A stretch of DNA of 64,000 nt from Pseudomonadota bacterium (GCA_043825735.1 JBDRRP010000015.1:1-64000), one strand, 5' to 3'; positions 19,069-28,339 are shown, counted from the first letter of the stretch. The notes: generated by a model not told the origin, from the letters alone. Numbers and translations: made by a program.

Positions 19069-20952
19069 ATGTTTGATCCCAAAGAAAGCCATTCGGTCAC
19101 CCAGGATGGAGACCGACTCTACGCGAAGGCCCGCCAGGACGGGGTCGAAACCGTGTGGGAGCGCCACGAGGCGCAGCAGCCCCAGTGCGGATTCTGCGAC
19201 ATGGGGCTTTCGTGCCGCATCTGCATCATGGGGCCCTGCCGCGTCGATCCCTTCGGCGAGGGCCCCCAGACCGGCGTCTGCGGCGCCGATGCCGACATCA
19301 TCGTCGCCCGCAATCTGTGCCGGATGATCGCCGCCGGCGCCGCCTCGCACTCCGACCACGGCCGTGACCTGGTGGAAGTGCTGGCCGGTGTGGCCGACGG
19401 CAGTGCCATCGGTTACAAGATCCGCGACGAGGCCAAACTCAAGCGCCTCGCCGAGGAATACGGCGTGGCCATTGCGGACAAACCGGCGCTGGCCATCGCC
19501 GGCGAACTGGCCCAGGCCATGATGGAAGACTACGGCATGCGCCAAAAAACTATAAAAATGGTGGCCCGCGCCCCCAAGAAGCGTCGCGCGGTGTGGGAGA
19601 AGTTCAACCTCACCCCGCGGGGCATCGACCGCGAAACCTCGGAAATGATGCACCGCACCCACATGGGCGTGGACAACAACTGGCAGACCCTGCTGCTGCA
19701 AGGCATGCGAAACGCCCTCTCCGACGGCTGGGGCGGCTCCATGATCGCCACCGAAGTCTCTGACATCCTCTTCGGCGTTCCCACGCCGCGCCCGACCATG
19801 GTCAATTCGGGCGTTTTAAAGGAAGACCAGGTGAACATCGTGGTTCACGGCCACAACCCGGTGGTCTCTGATATGGTTTCCCAGGCCTGCATGTCGCCGG
19901 AATTGCTGGAACTGGCCAAAACCAAAGGCGCGGCCGGCATCAACCTGGTGGGTGTCTGCTGTACGGGCAACGAGCTGCTCATGCGCCGCGGCATCGCCAT
20001 GGCGGGCAACCATCTCATGACCGAGCTGATTCTCTCCACCGGCGCCGTAGACATGATGATCGTGGACTACCAGTGCATCATGCCGTCGCTGGGAAAAGTG
20101 GCCGGCAGCTACCACACCCGCCTGATCAGCACCAGTGACAAGGCCCGGTTCCCCGGCATGGAGCACCAGGAATTCCACCCGCACAATGCAGAGAAAAAGG
20201 GCGTGGCGGTGGTCCGCGCGGCGGTCGAGAACTTTGTGAACCGGGGCAAGGTAATGATACCGGTAGCGCCCCAGGAGGCTGTCGGCGGCTTCTCGGTGGA
20301 AACCATCGTGGGTGCTTTGGGCGGCACGCCGGCGCCCCTCATCGATGCCATCAAGGCCGGCAAAATCCGCGGCGCAGTGGGCATTGTGGGATGCAACAAC
20401 CCCAAAATCAAGCACGACTACGGACATGTGACGCTCACCCGGCGGCTCATCGAAAACGACATCCTGGTGGTGGATACCGGCTGCGTGGCCATCGCCAATG
20501 CCAAGGCCGGTTTCAAGGTACCCTCGGCCGCCGACATGGCCGGTCCGGGGTTGAAGGAGATCTGCAATGCCCTGGGCATCCCCCCGGTGCTGCACATGGG
20601 AAGCTGCGTGGACAATGTGCGCATCCTGGTGCTGGTGTCCGCTCTGGCCGACGCCCTGGGCGTGGATATCAGCGATCTTCCCGTGGCCGGTTCGGCGCCG
20701 GAGTGGTATTCGGAAAAGGCGGTGACCATCGCCACCTATTTCGTGGCCTCGGGCGTCACCACCCATCTGGGCCCCATGCCGCCCATCACCGGCAGCATGA
20801 ACGTGGTCGGTCTGCTCACATCGGGCCTCAAGGATGTGGTGGGCGCCACGTTCGCCGTGGAACCCGACCCGGAAAAGGCGGCCGTCTTACTGCGCCGGAC
20901 CATCGAGGACAAAAGAAAAGCGCTGGGGCTGGATGCGCGCACCGTGGCTTAG
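19069..20952 (+). CDS. cooS: Anaerobic Ni-Fe carbon monoxide dehydrogenase catalytic subunit
   Basis: CRICIMGPC, GVCGA, HSDH, VHGHNP, GVCCTGNE, DYQCIMP, VGCNN, TGC, HMGSCVDN, SEKA. Confidence 0.97.
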   Translation: MFDPKESHSVTQDGDRLYAKARQDGVETVWERHEAQQPQCGFCDMGLSCRICIMGPCRVDPFGEGPQTGVCGADADIIVARNLCRMIAAGAASHSDHGRDLVEVLAGVADGSAIGYKIRDEAKLKRLAEEYGVAIADKPALAIAGELAQAMMEDYGMRQKTIKMVARAPKKRRAVWEKFNLTPRGIDRETSEMMHRTHMGVDNNWQTLLLQGMRNALSDGWGGSMIATEVSDILFGVPTPRPTMVNSGVLKEDQVNIVVHGHNPVVSDMVSQACMSPELLELAKTKGAAGINLVGVCCTGNELLMRRGIAMAGNHLMTELILSTGAVDMMIVDYQCIMPSLGKVAGSYHTRLISTSDKARFPGMEHQEFHPHNAEKKGVAVVRAAVENFVNRGKVMIPVAPQEAVGGFSVETIVGALGGTPAPLIDAIKAGKIRGAVGIVGCNNPKIKHDYGHVTLTRRLIENDILVVDTGCVAIANAKAGFKVPSAADMAGPGLKEICNALGIPPVLHMGSCVDNVRILVLVSALADALGVDISDLPVAGSAPEWYSEKAVTIATYFVASGVTTHLGPMPPITGSMNVVGLLTSGLKDVVGATFAVEPDPEKAAVLLRRTIEDKRKALGLDARTVA

Positions 20953-21022
20953 TGCATTTGTCAGAATATCGTTCCGATTGCCGCCGTGGCGCGTGCGCCT
21001 TTGGTGCACCGTGGCACAAGAA

Positions 21023-21125
21023 AAAGTCCCCCTTTGGAAAAGGGGGATTTTGGGGGATTTCCTGGCGCGCTGATGCCGGTCGGTATTGTCTGTGTTTGGC
21101 GGCACACCGGAAATCCCCCCGACCC
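21023..21125. repeat. REP-like palindromic element after cooS
   Basis: aaagtccccctttggaaaagggggattt hairpin, plus gggggatttc ... gaaatccccc outer inverted pair. Confidence 0.6.
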
Positions 21126-21513
21126 TTAACTCCAAAACGGTCAAGCCTATTTTGGAATTAACTCCAAAACAGCCCTAACCTCTTTCCGGGTACCGATGCC
21201 GCAGACCAGCCGGCCGACTGACTATTTCAGCGGTGCGGCAGTTCGGCAACCGCCGTGTAATTTCCTTTGACAGGCCGTCTCGGCGGGTAACTGCGCGGCC
21301 ATAAAATCAGTCACTACCGGAATGAATCAGATATTCCATAGTGAAAGTGCCACCGCGAACACCGGCCAATGATAGGCGCTATAGGGTGGTTTATTGGTGC
21401 GAGATTTTAGACAACTCGACCGAAGGAATGATGGTCTTAGTACTCGCAATAAGATATCTTTAAGATATTACAAAATTCTCGTTTTCCAGATATTTGGTGG
21501 ATCATAAATAACT

Positions 21514-22980
21514 TTATTCGTATATATCCAAATCCGGGTATAACTTTCTCGCACACTCCTGGCAAATACTATGGCTAAATTCCGCTTCGGAATGATCACC
21601 AATGTAAGATTCAAGCTGGTTCCAATACCCTTGATCATCGCGTATTTTTTTACAATGGGCACATATGGGGAGCAATCCAGAAAGCTGTTTCACATTCGAC
21701 AGCGCCTTTTCCAGTTCCGCAATCAGCTTTTCTTTTTCCGATTCAGCCTTCCTCCTTTTTAGCACGTTCCTTTTAAAGATATTCAGTGCCCTTGCCATGT
21801 CTCCAATTTCATTCTGTGACAATAGAAACGGCACTTCGGTTTTCAATTCTTCTCTTGCAAGGCTATCGACTGATTCGGTTAGCCGTCGGATCGGTCTGAT
21901 GACCTTAAAATTGAGGTAGAAAATGATAAGAATGACGGCGACCAGGGAGCCCACGCTGGCAAGTGTGTGTAAAATGATTTGTTTCCTGCTCTGATGGTAT
22001 CTTTGGGTTGCATATCCTTTTGTTTCCGAAACAACGACCCGCATAAAATTTGCAATTTCCTTCAGCGCCTTTACACCATGATTAAGAAACTCCACTTGAG
22101 AAACCGGGTAAGGTCCGCCAGTTTGTGCTAACGGAAATATCTTTTCTCTATAGGGAATGTACTCGGTAAAATATACTTGTTTTAGCTTTTCCAATGCCTC
22201 AGGAATGGTTTTAGATGAAAACCCCTGGCATAAATATGAAATCTTTTGAAAGTGGTGCTTTGAGATCACGCGCAGCGATTCAATCTTATCAGACAAATTG
22301 GGCTTGATCGGCTCTCTGGACAGTATCGTTGCAGAAAGGATCGACATTTCAGGGCCTGCTGTGTTGCGCAAAGCCAATGTTTCGTGTTTCAGTGAAGAGT
22401 AGCGACTGATAACGCCATCGGCGTCGCTGATCTCCATAGAAATGGTAACCAACAGCGATTCAATACTTTCAATGTAGTCAGTCATGGCCGTGAACCATCT
22501 CTCTGCAAGGCCGACCTCTCTCGCGTTCTTCGGGACGACAAGATTTTTAGCTGTTCGGTTACGAAGTTCGGCAATCGCTTTTTGTATCACAATCAATCCA
22601 GCCACCTTTTCCCGGATAACCTCAGATTGCGATTTATTCAACTTTGTCAACACGTTAGATAGTGCCAGATCGCCTTCATTTCGACGGTCGAGAATAAACC
22701 TACGATTAGATTCCATCTTTTCTACTGGTCCGGCATCATTCAAAACAACATTTACCCGGCCTCTTTCAAAGCCATAATTACCCACCGCAGTAAACAAATC
22801 ATCGCTAATATCGTTAAGAAAAAAGATGTGGTTAGCTTGTTGGAAGCTTTCATAGGAACGATACAATCCAGGTAGGGATGCAAGGAGGTGTAACAGTATA
22901 ATGGCAACCATCCCAAAAAGTACGATCGATTTGATATTGAATCTTTTTTTTCTTGTCTTAGACGAAGCGATTTTTTTCAT
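21514..22980 (-). CDS. Two-TM sensor with HAMP domain and C-terminal CxxC...HxxC domain (low GC)
   Basis: TM-periplasmic-TM, IRPIRRL..NEIGDMARAL (HAMP), LPICAHCKKIRDD...HSICQEC. Confidence 0.85.
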   Translation of the reverse strand: MKKIASSKTRKKRFNIKSIVLFGMVAIILLHLLASLPGLYRSYESFQQANHIFFLNDISDDLFTAVGNYGFERGRVNVVLNDAGPVEKMESNRRFILDRRNEGDLALSNVLTKLNKSQSEVIREKVAGLIVIQKAIAELRNRTAKNLVVPKNAREVGLAERWFTAMTDYIESIESLLVTISMEISDADGVISRYSSLKHETLALRNTAGPEMSILSATILSREPIKPNLSDKIESLRVISKHHFQKISYLCQGFSSKTIPEALEKLKQVYFTEYIPYREKIFPLAQTGGPYPVSQVEFLNHGVKALKEIANFMRVVVSETKGYATQRYHQSRKQIILHTLASVGSLVAVILIIFYLNFKVIRPIRRLTESVDSLAREELKTEVPFLLSQNEIGDMARALNIFKRNVLKRRKAESEKEKLIAELEKALSNVKQLSGLLPICAHCKKIRDDQGYWNQLESYIGDHSEAEFSHSICQECARKLYPDLDIYE

Positions 22981-23518
22981 ATTTGAAACCCAGCTTATTT
23001 ACCCTGCCATTCTTGACTGTTGCACTAAATTAAAGGTTAGCGCTCTTAGACAATCACAAATCTTCACATCTTTCTCTCTGGATTTCTTACATTACAACCT
23101 AACTTAAATGAATGGTGGATTTCTCAAGGGTTTCTCCCGCTCAAAAATTCTTGCATTATGGTTAACACACCCTAAAACAAAGATAGTTAGGGTATTAATG
23201 AATCAGGGCTGCTAAGAATTTACTGTCTATTTCCGACTGAAGGCTTTCATCATATCAGAAACCGATTAAACCACAAAATGTAGCCGTCTCCCAGCGATCA
23301 ATAGAATTGCGATTTCTTGCCAATATCGCAACTTTACCCAAATTGCATGTATGTTTATGATATCTGGCCCAAGCACTATTGCCAACCTAAATTGATCGAT
23401 TCTGGTTTTTAACAGAGCTATGCCCGGCAAACGAAGCCTTGCAATAGAAATTTGCTGGCCAGTTTCGCAAATTCCCCAGAAAATTATGGGCAAACAGTAA
23501 TTTCGAGTGCCGGTTGTT

Positions 23519-25191
23519 CCTGGATTCTTGTGATTTGGACGCACCTCGCCGGTGATTTCAGGATCGTACTTTGATTTTGAGCAGACCAGTTATAAAATCT
23601 GTGGCGCTGATTGACATCGAGCAAACAGCTCCGGCAGCCGCAGGCTGTCAAAACAGACCTGGGTGACTTTCAAGACGATCTGGCCACTATGGCAGACAAT
23701 TTTACCGGCTATGTCGATCAATCGCCGGCGAACAGTGTTCGCGTAGGCACCGAGCGCAAGTACCGGCGCACTGACATCTTGCTTGAAGGCCTCTAAAAGA
23801 AAGTGACCCAGCAGCATCGTATAGTACCAGGCAGCATTGGCCTCAAACTGCTTAAATGGCAGCTGCTCATGGCCAAAATCTTTTAACGCCCGGTTGGCCA
23901 ACTCGTCACTGCCGCGTTCATGGTAGCAGGCCACAAGCCCATTGGCCGTCAGATAATGGCCAGCGCCGGCCTTTTCAAGCATCCAATCGATCGTCTGACC
24001 TTGGCCGATATTGGTAATGATAACCGTATCGGGGCGAAAGCCGGGAAGCAAATATTGATCGCCATCATGAACCAAACGGCAATAAATCGCTCGCCTGAAC
24101 CGGTTCCAGCTACCACGGCGGCATCCAAATTCTATATACTGCCATACGTCTTTTTTGCCGGACTCAAAACGCCTCCAGGCGGCCTGATCATAGTGATCGG
24201 CTATCTGCTTGGTGTCTTTGTAAATTTTGCCACCGCAGATAAATCCGATTTGCAGTGTCTCGCAGAGCCTGAAAATTTTCTGATCGAAAAATCCGCTGTC
24301 CATACGGATGACGATGGGAACATCCCATCGGTAGTTCTTCCGGATTTTTACGATCATATGCCGGATCATATTGAGCACCGTGTCACCGTGGTTGGAATGC
24401 TTGTGCCCGCTACGAAAGACCGCATCGACAATCATGCGGTTCCAGTTCATCTGCAAGGGCTGGAAGCCTTTCTTCTTTTTGTAGGTTGGCCGAACCCCTT
24501 CACGACAGTGGGCATCGTCATTATCCAAAACCATCGTATCTATGCCCAACTCGATAATCTCGGGCCGGGTGACCTGAAGGCGCCAGATGAACAGTCGCTG
24601 CAACAGGCGTCGAAACAAAAAACAACGCGCCCACGAAAAGGATTTGAAAAACCGCTTCATCTGATGGGAAGAGGCCATATGCTCGGGCGCGCTCTCAATG
24701 CTGCCGGCATAACCCTCATCGTGGCGAAGCTGATCAAAATAGGTCAGATGGCGACTACTGCCGTCGAGCATAAAGCACAGCATCTGCTTGAACAGTTCCG
24801 TGATGTCCAATCCCTTTCGGCTTTTGCGAATCGTGCCGAACCACCGGTCGAGCCAGCCAAAGAGTTCGATCTGGTGCAGGTAGGCCACAAACAACGACAA
24901 CCCCGCGCGTCCGGTCAATCGGTCGGCTGTCACTTCGATGCGCTGGATTTTCAGTTCCCTTTTACGGCTATCTTTGTTATGAACCTTCATAAAGTCCTCC
25001 ACCTTTTGGGTGCCGTGTTGCTTGTTAGCTTCTTGGCGGAATTTAGCAAGCATTATAACACGTTACCTGCAGGTGTGGGACTTTTTTTTGTTAAGAATCG
25101 CTCAGATTAGGGCCAATATTCTGCGGTTGGAGAGAATGCTTGGCTGGACAGCGTATAGTTTGCCACTATCGGTAATATTCCTGAATCACGG
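23519..25191 (-). mobile_element. IS1380-family insertion sequence
   Basis: Transposase inside; candidate imperfect ends CCGTGATTC (minus strand from 25191) and CCTGGATTC (plus strand from 23519); no matching TSD at these ends. Confidence 0.65.
23590..24990 (-). CDS. IS1380-family DDE transposase
   Basis: LTGRAGL, LGIDT, GFQPL, IRMDSGF, YHERGSDE..ALK, FEANAAW, RRRLIDIAGKIV; GGAGG RBS. Confidence 0.92.
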   Translation of the reverse strand: MKVHNKDSRKRELKIQRIEVTADRLTGRAGLSLFVAYLHQIELFGWLDRWFGTIRKSRKGLDITELFKQMLCFMLDGSSRHLTYFDQLRHDEGYAGSIESAPEHMASSHQMKRFFKSFSWARCFLFRRLLQRLFIWRLQVTRPEIIELGIDTMVLDNDDAHCREGVRPTYKKKKGFQPLQMNWNRMIVDAVFRSGHKHSNHGDTVLNMIRHMIVKIRKNYRWDVPIVIRMDSGFFDQKIFRLCETLQIGFICGGKIYKDTKQIADHYDQAAWRRFESGKKDVWQYIEFGCRRGSWNRFRRAIYCRLVHDGDQYLLPGFRPDTVIITNIGQGQTIDWMLEKAGAGHYLTANGLVACYHERGSDELANRALKDFGHEQLPFKQFEANAAWYYTMLLGHFLLEAFKQDVSAPVLALGAYANTVRRRLIDIAGKIVCHSGQIVLKVTQVCFDSLRLPELFARCQSAPQIL

Positions 25192-25251
25192 ATAAAATAA
25201 TGGGCGGTTTCTCCCCCATTTTTAAATCTGACAAACGCTCTAATATCTACT

Positions 25252-25869
25252 TCAAGGCTGCGGCAGATCGGCAATCGCCTGGTAAATTTCCCCGGCCAGA
25301 TCCGAGATCAGGCCGCTCATGGCTGCGGCCACCTGCCCGTAGTCGCTCCCGGAGGCCCGGGTAATTTCGGTTCGCCGCTCAACAAGGCGCCCGCCGTCGC
25401 CATCCAGAAGCTGCCAGCGCGCGCGGAGCGTGACGGCGCCGGTGTCATCGGCTTCAAAACCCGACACGGCCACGGCCACCCGGACAGTCACCTGCTGCGA
25501 TCGTTTCCAGGGAAACGCGAGCACGCGCCCATCGCCGGCCATCAGCGACATGTTGTCCACGAGCGCCCGCGTCACGGCATCCCCCAGGGGCTCGCCCCAG
25601 CGATTGAACTCATCGACCCGGATCATGTTGTCACGCATCCGGGTGACGATTTGAGGCCTGTCCAGGTAGGAGGCTAAGGTCACGGGTCCGAGACCGATCA
25701 CCGTATCGGCGGAAAGCGCCGGCGGCGTTTGGGGTCCATCCGTCGCGGACACAGGCTCAAGCAGGTAATAGCGGGTATCCTGTGAAGCCGTCGGCCCCAG
25801 ATTCATGCATCCGGCGGCGGTGACCGTGACCAGTACGGCAATGACGCAGCGCTGTATCAAACGGCTCAT
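25252..25869 (-). CDS. PqiC-like ABC transport auxiliary lipoprotein
   Basis: Lipobox AAGC, YYLL, YLDRPQIV, RWGEPL. Confidence 0.88.
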   Translation of the reverse strand: MSRLIQRCVIAVLVTVTAAGCMNLGPTASQDTRYYLLEPVSATDGPQTPPALSADTVIGLGPVTLASYLDRPQIVTRMRDNMIRVDEFNRWGEPLGDAVTRALVDNMSLMAGDGRVLAFPWKRSQQVTVRVAVAVSGFEADDTGAVTLRARWQLLDGDGGRLVERRTEITRASGSDYGQVAAAMSGLISDLAGEIYQAIADLPQP

Positions 25870-26948
25870 TGGTTTCCCTTCCTTTCAGGTGCGTCCCCTT
25901 TTCCTTTCAGTAATGCTTCGGGGTGGCGCCCCAGATAATCGGTCAGCACGGCCATCGCGCCGGCGGCCTTTTTTACCTCTGCAAGCGTCTCGTCGATTTG
26001 GTAGACAAGGGCCGAATCCTCGTCCGAAAGGTAGGACAAGTTGGTCAGCATCGATTCCGCCTGCTGGATGGCGCTGCGCGCAGCCGCCGCAGTCTCTCCG
26101 ATGTTCGCCAGCACCGGCGTCAGTCGGCTGTCCAGGCTGGCGACGGTTTTCCTGATCTCAGCGGCCGTATCATTGATTCCGGCTGCCATCGGGGGAATCT
26201 GTCCGTCTGTTGTCTTTACCAGGTGCCGGACATCGGCCAGTGCCGCCTCGAGCTCGCCCGACAAGCGCGCCACATGCTGGTCCAGGTTGACGGCCAGTTT
26301 CCGGTAGTCTTTCAGGGTGTCGTTGACGGTGGCCACCGCCGCGTGCAGACCGGGGTCATTGGCCAGTTTGTCGATGCCGTTGGCGGCATTTTTAATGGAA
26401 TCGATGATGCTCTGGAAATCGATCCCGTCAAGGGTCTTGGCCAGCGCGTCCATGTCCGACGGCAGCGTCGGCACTTCCTCGATATCGTCTTCAAGGGCCA
26501 TCAGCTTGACCGGTGTATCCGGGTAGAAGTCAAATGCAACCAGCAGTTGCCCGGTGACAAAACTCTGCAGTTCAAGTTTGGCGCGAAGGCCTTTGGCGAT
26601 CATGCCGTCGACGGCGTCATCTGTTGAGAGCTCTTTTTTGCGGGCGCCGGTATGCCCGCTGATTTTCAGCGAGCCCTCCGGCACGTCGATCATCACCTGC
26701 GTGAAAAACGATTTGTCTTTTTCACTATAAACCAGGTTGATCTGGGTGACCTTGCCCACCGGCACCCCTTTGACCTGAACCGGAGCCCCCACACTCAGAC
26801 CTTTCACCGAACCGGTAAAATACATGACATAACGATTCGACGCTTGAAACAGACCGGCGCCCCCGAAGGCCAGAATACCGATGACCACCAGTGCAATGGC
26901 GCCGACGATGAAGGCGCCGATCAAGGTTTTGTTAGTCTCTTTTTTCAT
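25866..26948 (-). CDS. MlaD/MCE-domain protein
   Basis: IGAFIV TM, SVKGLSVGAPVQVKGVPVGKV, long helical tail, PEALLKG. Confidence 0.9.
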   Translation of the reverse strand: MKKETNKTLIGAFIVGAIALVVIGILAFGGAGLFQASNRYVMYFTGSVKGLSVGAPVQVKGVPVGKVTQINLVYSEKDKSFFTQVMIDVPEGSLKISGHTGARKKELSTDDAVDGMIAKGLRAKLELQSFVTGQLLVAFDFYPDTPVKLMALEDDIEEVPTLPSDMDALAKTLDGIDFQSIIDSIKNAANGIDKLANDPGLHAAVATVNDTLKDYRKLAVNLDQHVARLSGELEAALADVRHLVKTTDGQIPPMAAGINDTAAEIRKTVASLDSRLTPVLANIGETAAAARSAIQQAESMLTNLSYLSDEDSALVYQIDETLAEVKKAAGAMAVLTDYLGRHPEALLKGKGDAPERKGNQ

Positions 26949-27742
26949 AAGCTCACATTTTCGGCACGTGGTTTGGCAGTATGCTCACCACGGGTCAGAA
27001 ATCGAATCACATTGTCATTGTCCGAGGTGGCCAGCATCACTTTCGGATCTCCGATGGCCGCCGCCGTGCGGGTGGTGTTGTCCAGAAAAACGGCATTGTT
27101 GGCAACGGCGAAAATGCTGGGGAGCTCGTGGGTGACGATCATCACGGTCGCCCCCAGGCTCCGGTTGATCTCGATGATCAGATCGTCCAGATTCCGGGCG
27201 CTCACCGGGTCCAGCCCGGCCGACGGTTCGTCGAAAAAAAGCACTTCGGGATCCAGGGCGATGGCCCGGGCCAGACCTGCGCGTTTTCTCATACCCCCGG
27301 AGATCTCGGACGGGTAGTAGCTCTCAAAGCCGCCCAGTCCCACCAGCGACAGTTTGAAGCGCACCATTTCGCGGATCTCGCTTTTTCCGAGATCGGTGTG
27401 CAGCGCCAGCGGAAGGCCGATGTTTTCCGCCAGGGTCAGTGAACTCCACAGGGCGCCGCTCTGGTACAACACCCCGAAACGCTGCATCATGCGCTCGCGC
27501 CCAGTGCCTCCCAGCGCCCAGAAATCGGTGTCGCCGTAATGAACGCTACCGGCCATGGGCGCCTTCAGGCCCACCAGAATCCGCATCAGGGTGCTTTTCC
27601 CACACCCGCTGCCGCCCATGATGGCAAAAACGTCTCCCCGCTGCACGGTGAAATCGAGATCGCGCATGAGGATATTATCGCCGTAACCCATGGTGAGGTT
27701 GGTAACTGTTATATGGGGGGGCTTAAGGTCTGCCTGGGTCAT
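26945..27742 (-). CDS. MlaF/Mkl-type ABC ATPase
   Basis: GGSGCGKST, ISGGMRKRAGLARA, FFDEPSAGLDP, VTH. Confidence 0.93.
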   Translation of the reverse strand: MTQADLKPPHITVTNLTMGYGDNILMRDLDFTVQRGDVFAIMGGSGCGKSTLMRILVGLKAPMAGSVHYGDTDFWALGGTGRERMMQRFGVLYQSGALWSSLTLAENIGLPLALHTDLGKSEIREMVRFKLSLVGLGGFESYYPSEISGGMRKRAGLARAIALDPEVLFFDEPSAGLDPVSARNLDDLIIEINRSLGATVMIVTHELPSIFAVANNAVFLDNTTRTAAAIGDPKVMLATSDNDNVIRFLTRGEHTAKPRAENVSL

Positions 27743-27772
27743 GTTTAAAGCCTGTGATGATACAAGTGCAAA

Positions 27773-28332
27773 AGGATTCAAGGATTCGAGGGGTCAAGGG
27801 TTCAAGTGAACACCTAAGAGCAACTCCAGCTTTCGCGGGTACCGGTCAGAATTGACTTACCTCTTGTTTTCAAGAGATTGGATTAATGCTTTGAGCATCC
27901 TTTCGACCTCCGCTAACGCATCTTTGCTGCCGGTCGAACTGTTTTCATCGATAAAGCCCAGATCGCCGGATAACATTAGCTGGGTTTCCAGCTCACACAG
28001 AGATCCATAGGCAATGTAAAGAGATCGGACGTAATCGGCTGTTGTCCGTCGCCCATAGCCTTCAGCAATGTTGGAAGGAATTGACACGGCAGATCTCCTG
28101 ATCTGCGAGGTCAAACCGTATTGTTCTTCCTTAGGAAAAGTCGCAGTTACTTTGTACACGGACACACAAAAGTCATAGGATTTCTGCCAGACTTTGAGTT
28201 CTTTGTAATTCTTAAGCATTTCCGTATCTCCCCAGATTCCTTATACCTTATCGCTTTTATCTTTTGCCCTTCCCCTTGAATCCTCGAATCCTTGTCGCTG
28301 TTAAGCCGTATAGGCGCAATCCTCGAATCCTT
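27773..28332 (-). mobile_element. Four-helix-bundle gene cassette bracketed by inverted octamer repeat arms
   Basis: Left arm aggattca aggattcg aggggtca agggttca agtgaa (27773-27810); right arm ttgaatcc tcgaatcc ttg[insert]aatcc tcgaatcc (28276-28330); interrupts the mlaE-mlaF junction. Confidence 0.65.
27857..28219 (-). CDS. Four helix bundle protein (23S rRNA IVP / bAvd-like family)
   Basis: YKELKVWQKS, FPKEEQYGLTSQIRRSAVSIPSNIAEG, IAYGSLCELETQL; lower GC than its neighbours. Confidence 0.95.
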   Translation of the reverse strand: MLKNYKELKVWQKSYDFCVSVYKVTATFPKEEQYGLTSQIRRSAVSIPSNIAEGYGRRTTADYVRSLYIAYGSLCELETQLMLSGDLGFIDENSSTGSKDALAEVERMLKALIQSLENKR

Positions 28333-28339
28333 TTTTGGG

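Noticed and set aside
23266..23544. 92-aa ORF next to the IS
   Set aside because: No recognisable motifs or RBS, and it overlaps the putative IS end; likely spurious.
23920..25110. Long antisense ORFs (e.g. 396 aa here, 17007-18254, 60298-61218)
   Set aside because: Shadow frames of well-supported genes, expected in GC-rich DNA.
27857..28219. Diversity-generating retroelement (Avd-like gene)
   Set aside because: No reverse transcriptase or template/variable repeat pair is visible in the window.
27857..28219. 23S rRNA gene with intervening sequence
   Set aside because: The flanks are ABC-transporter CDSs, not rRNA.
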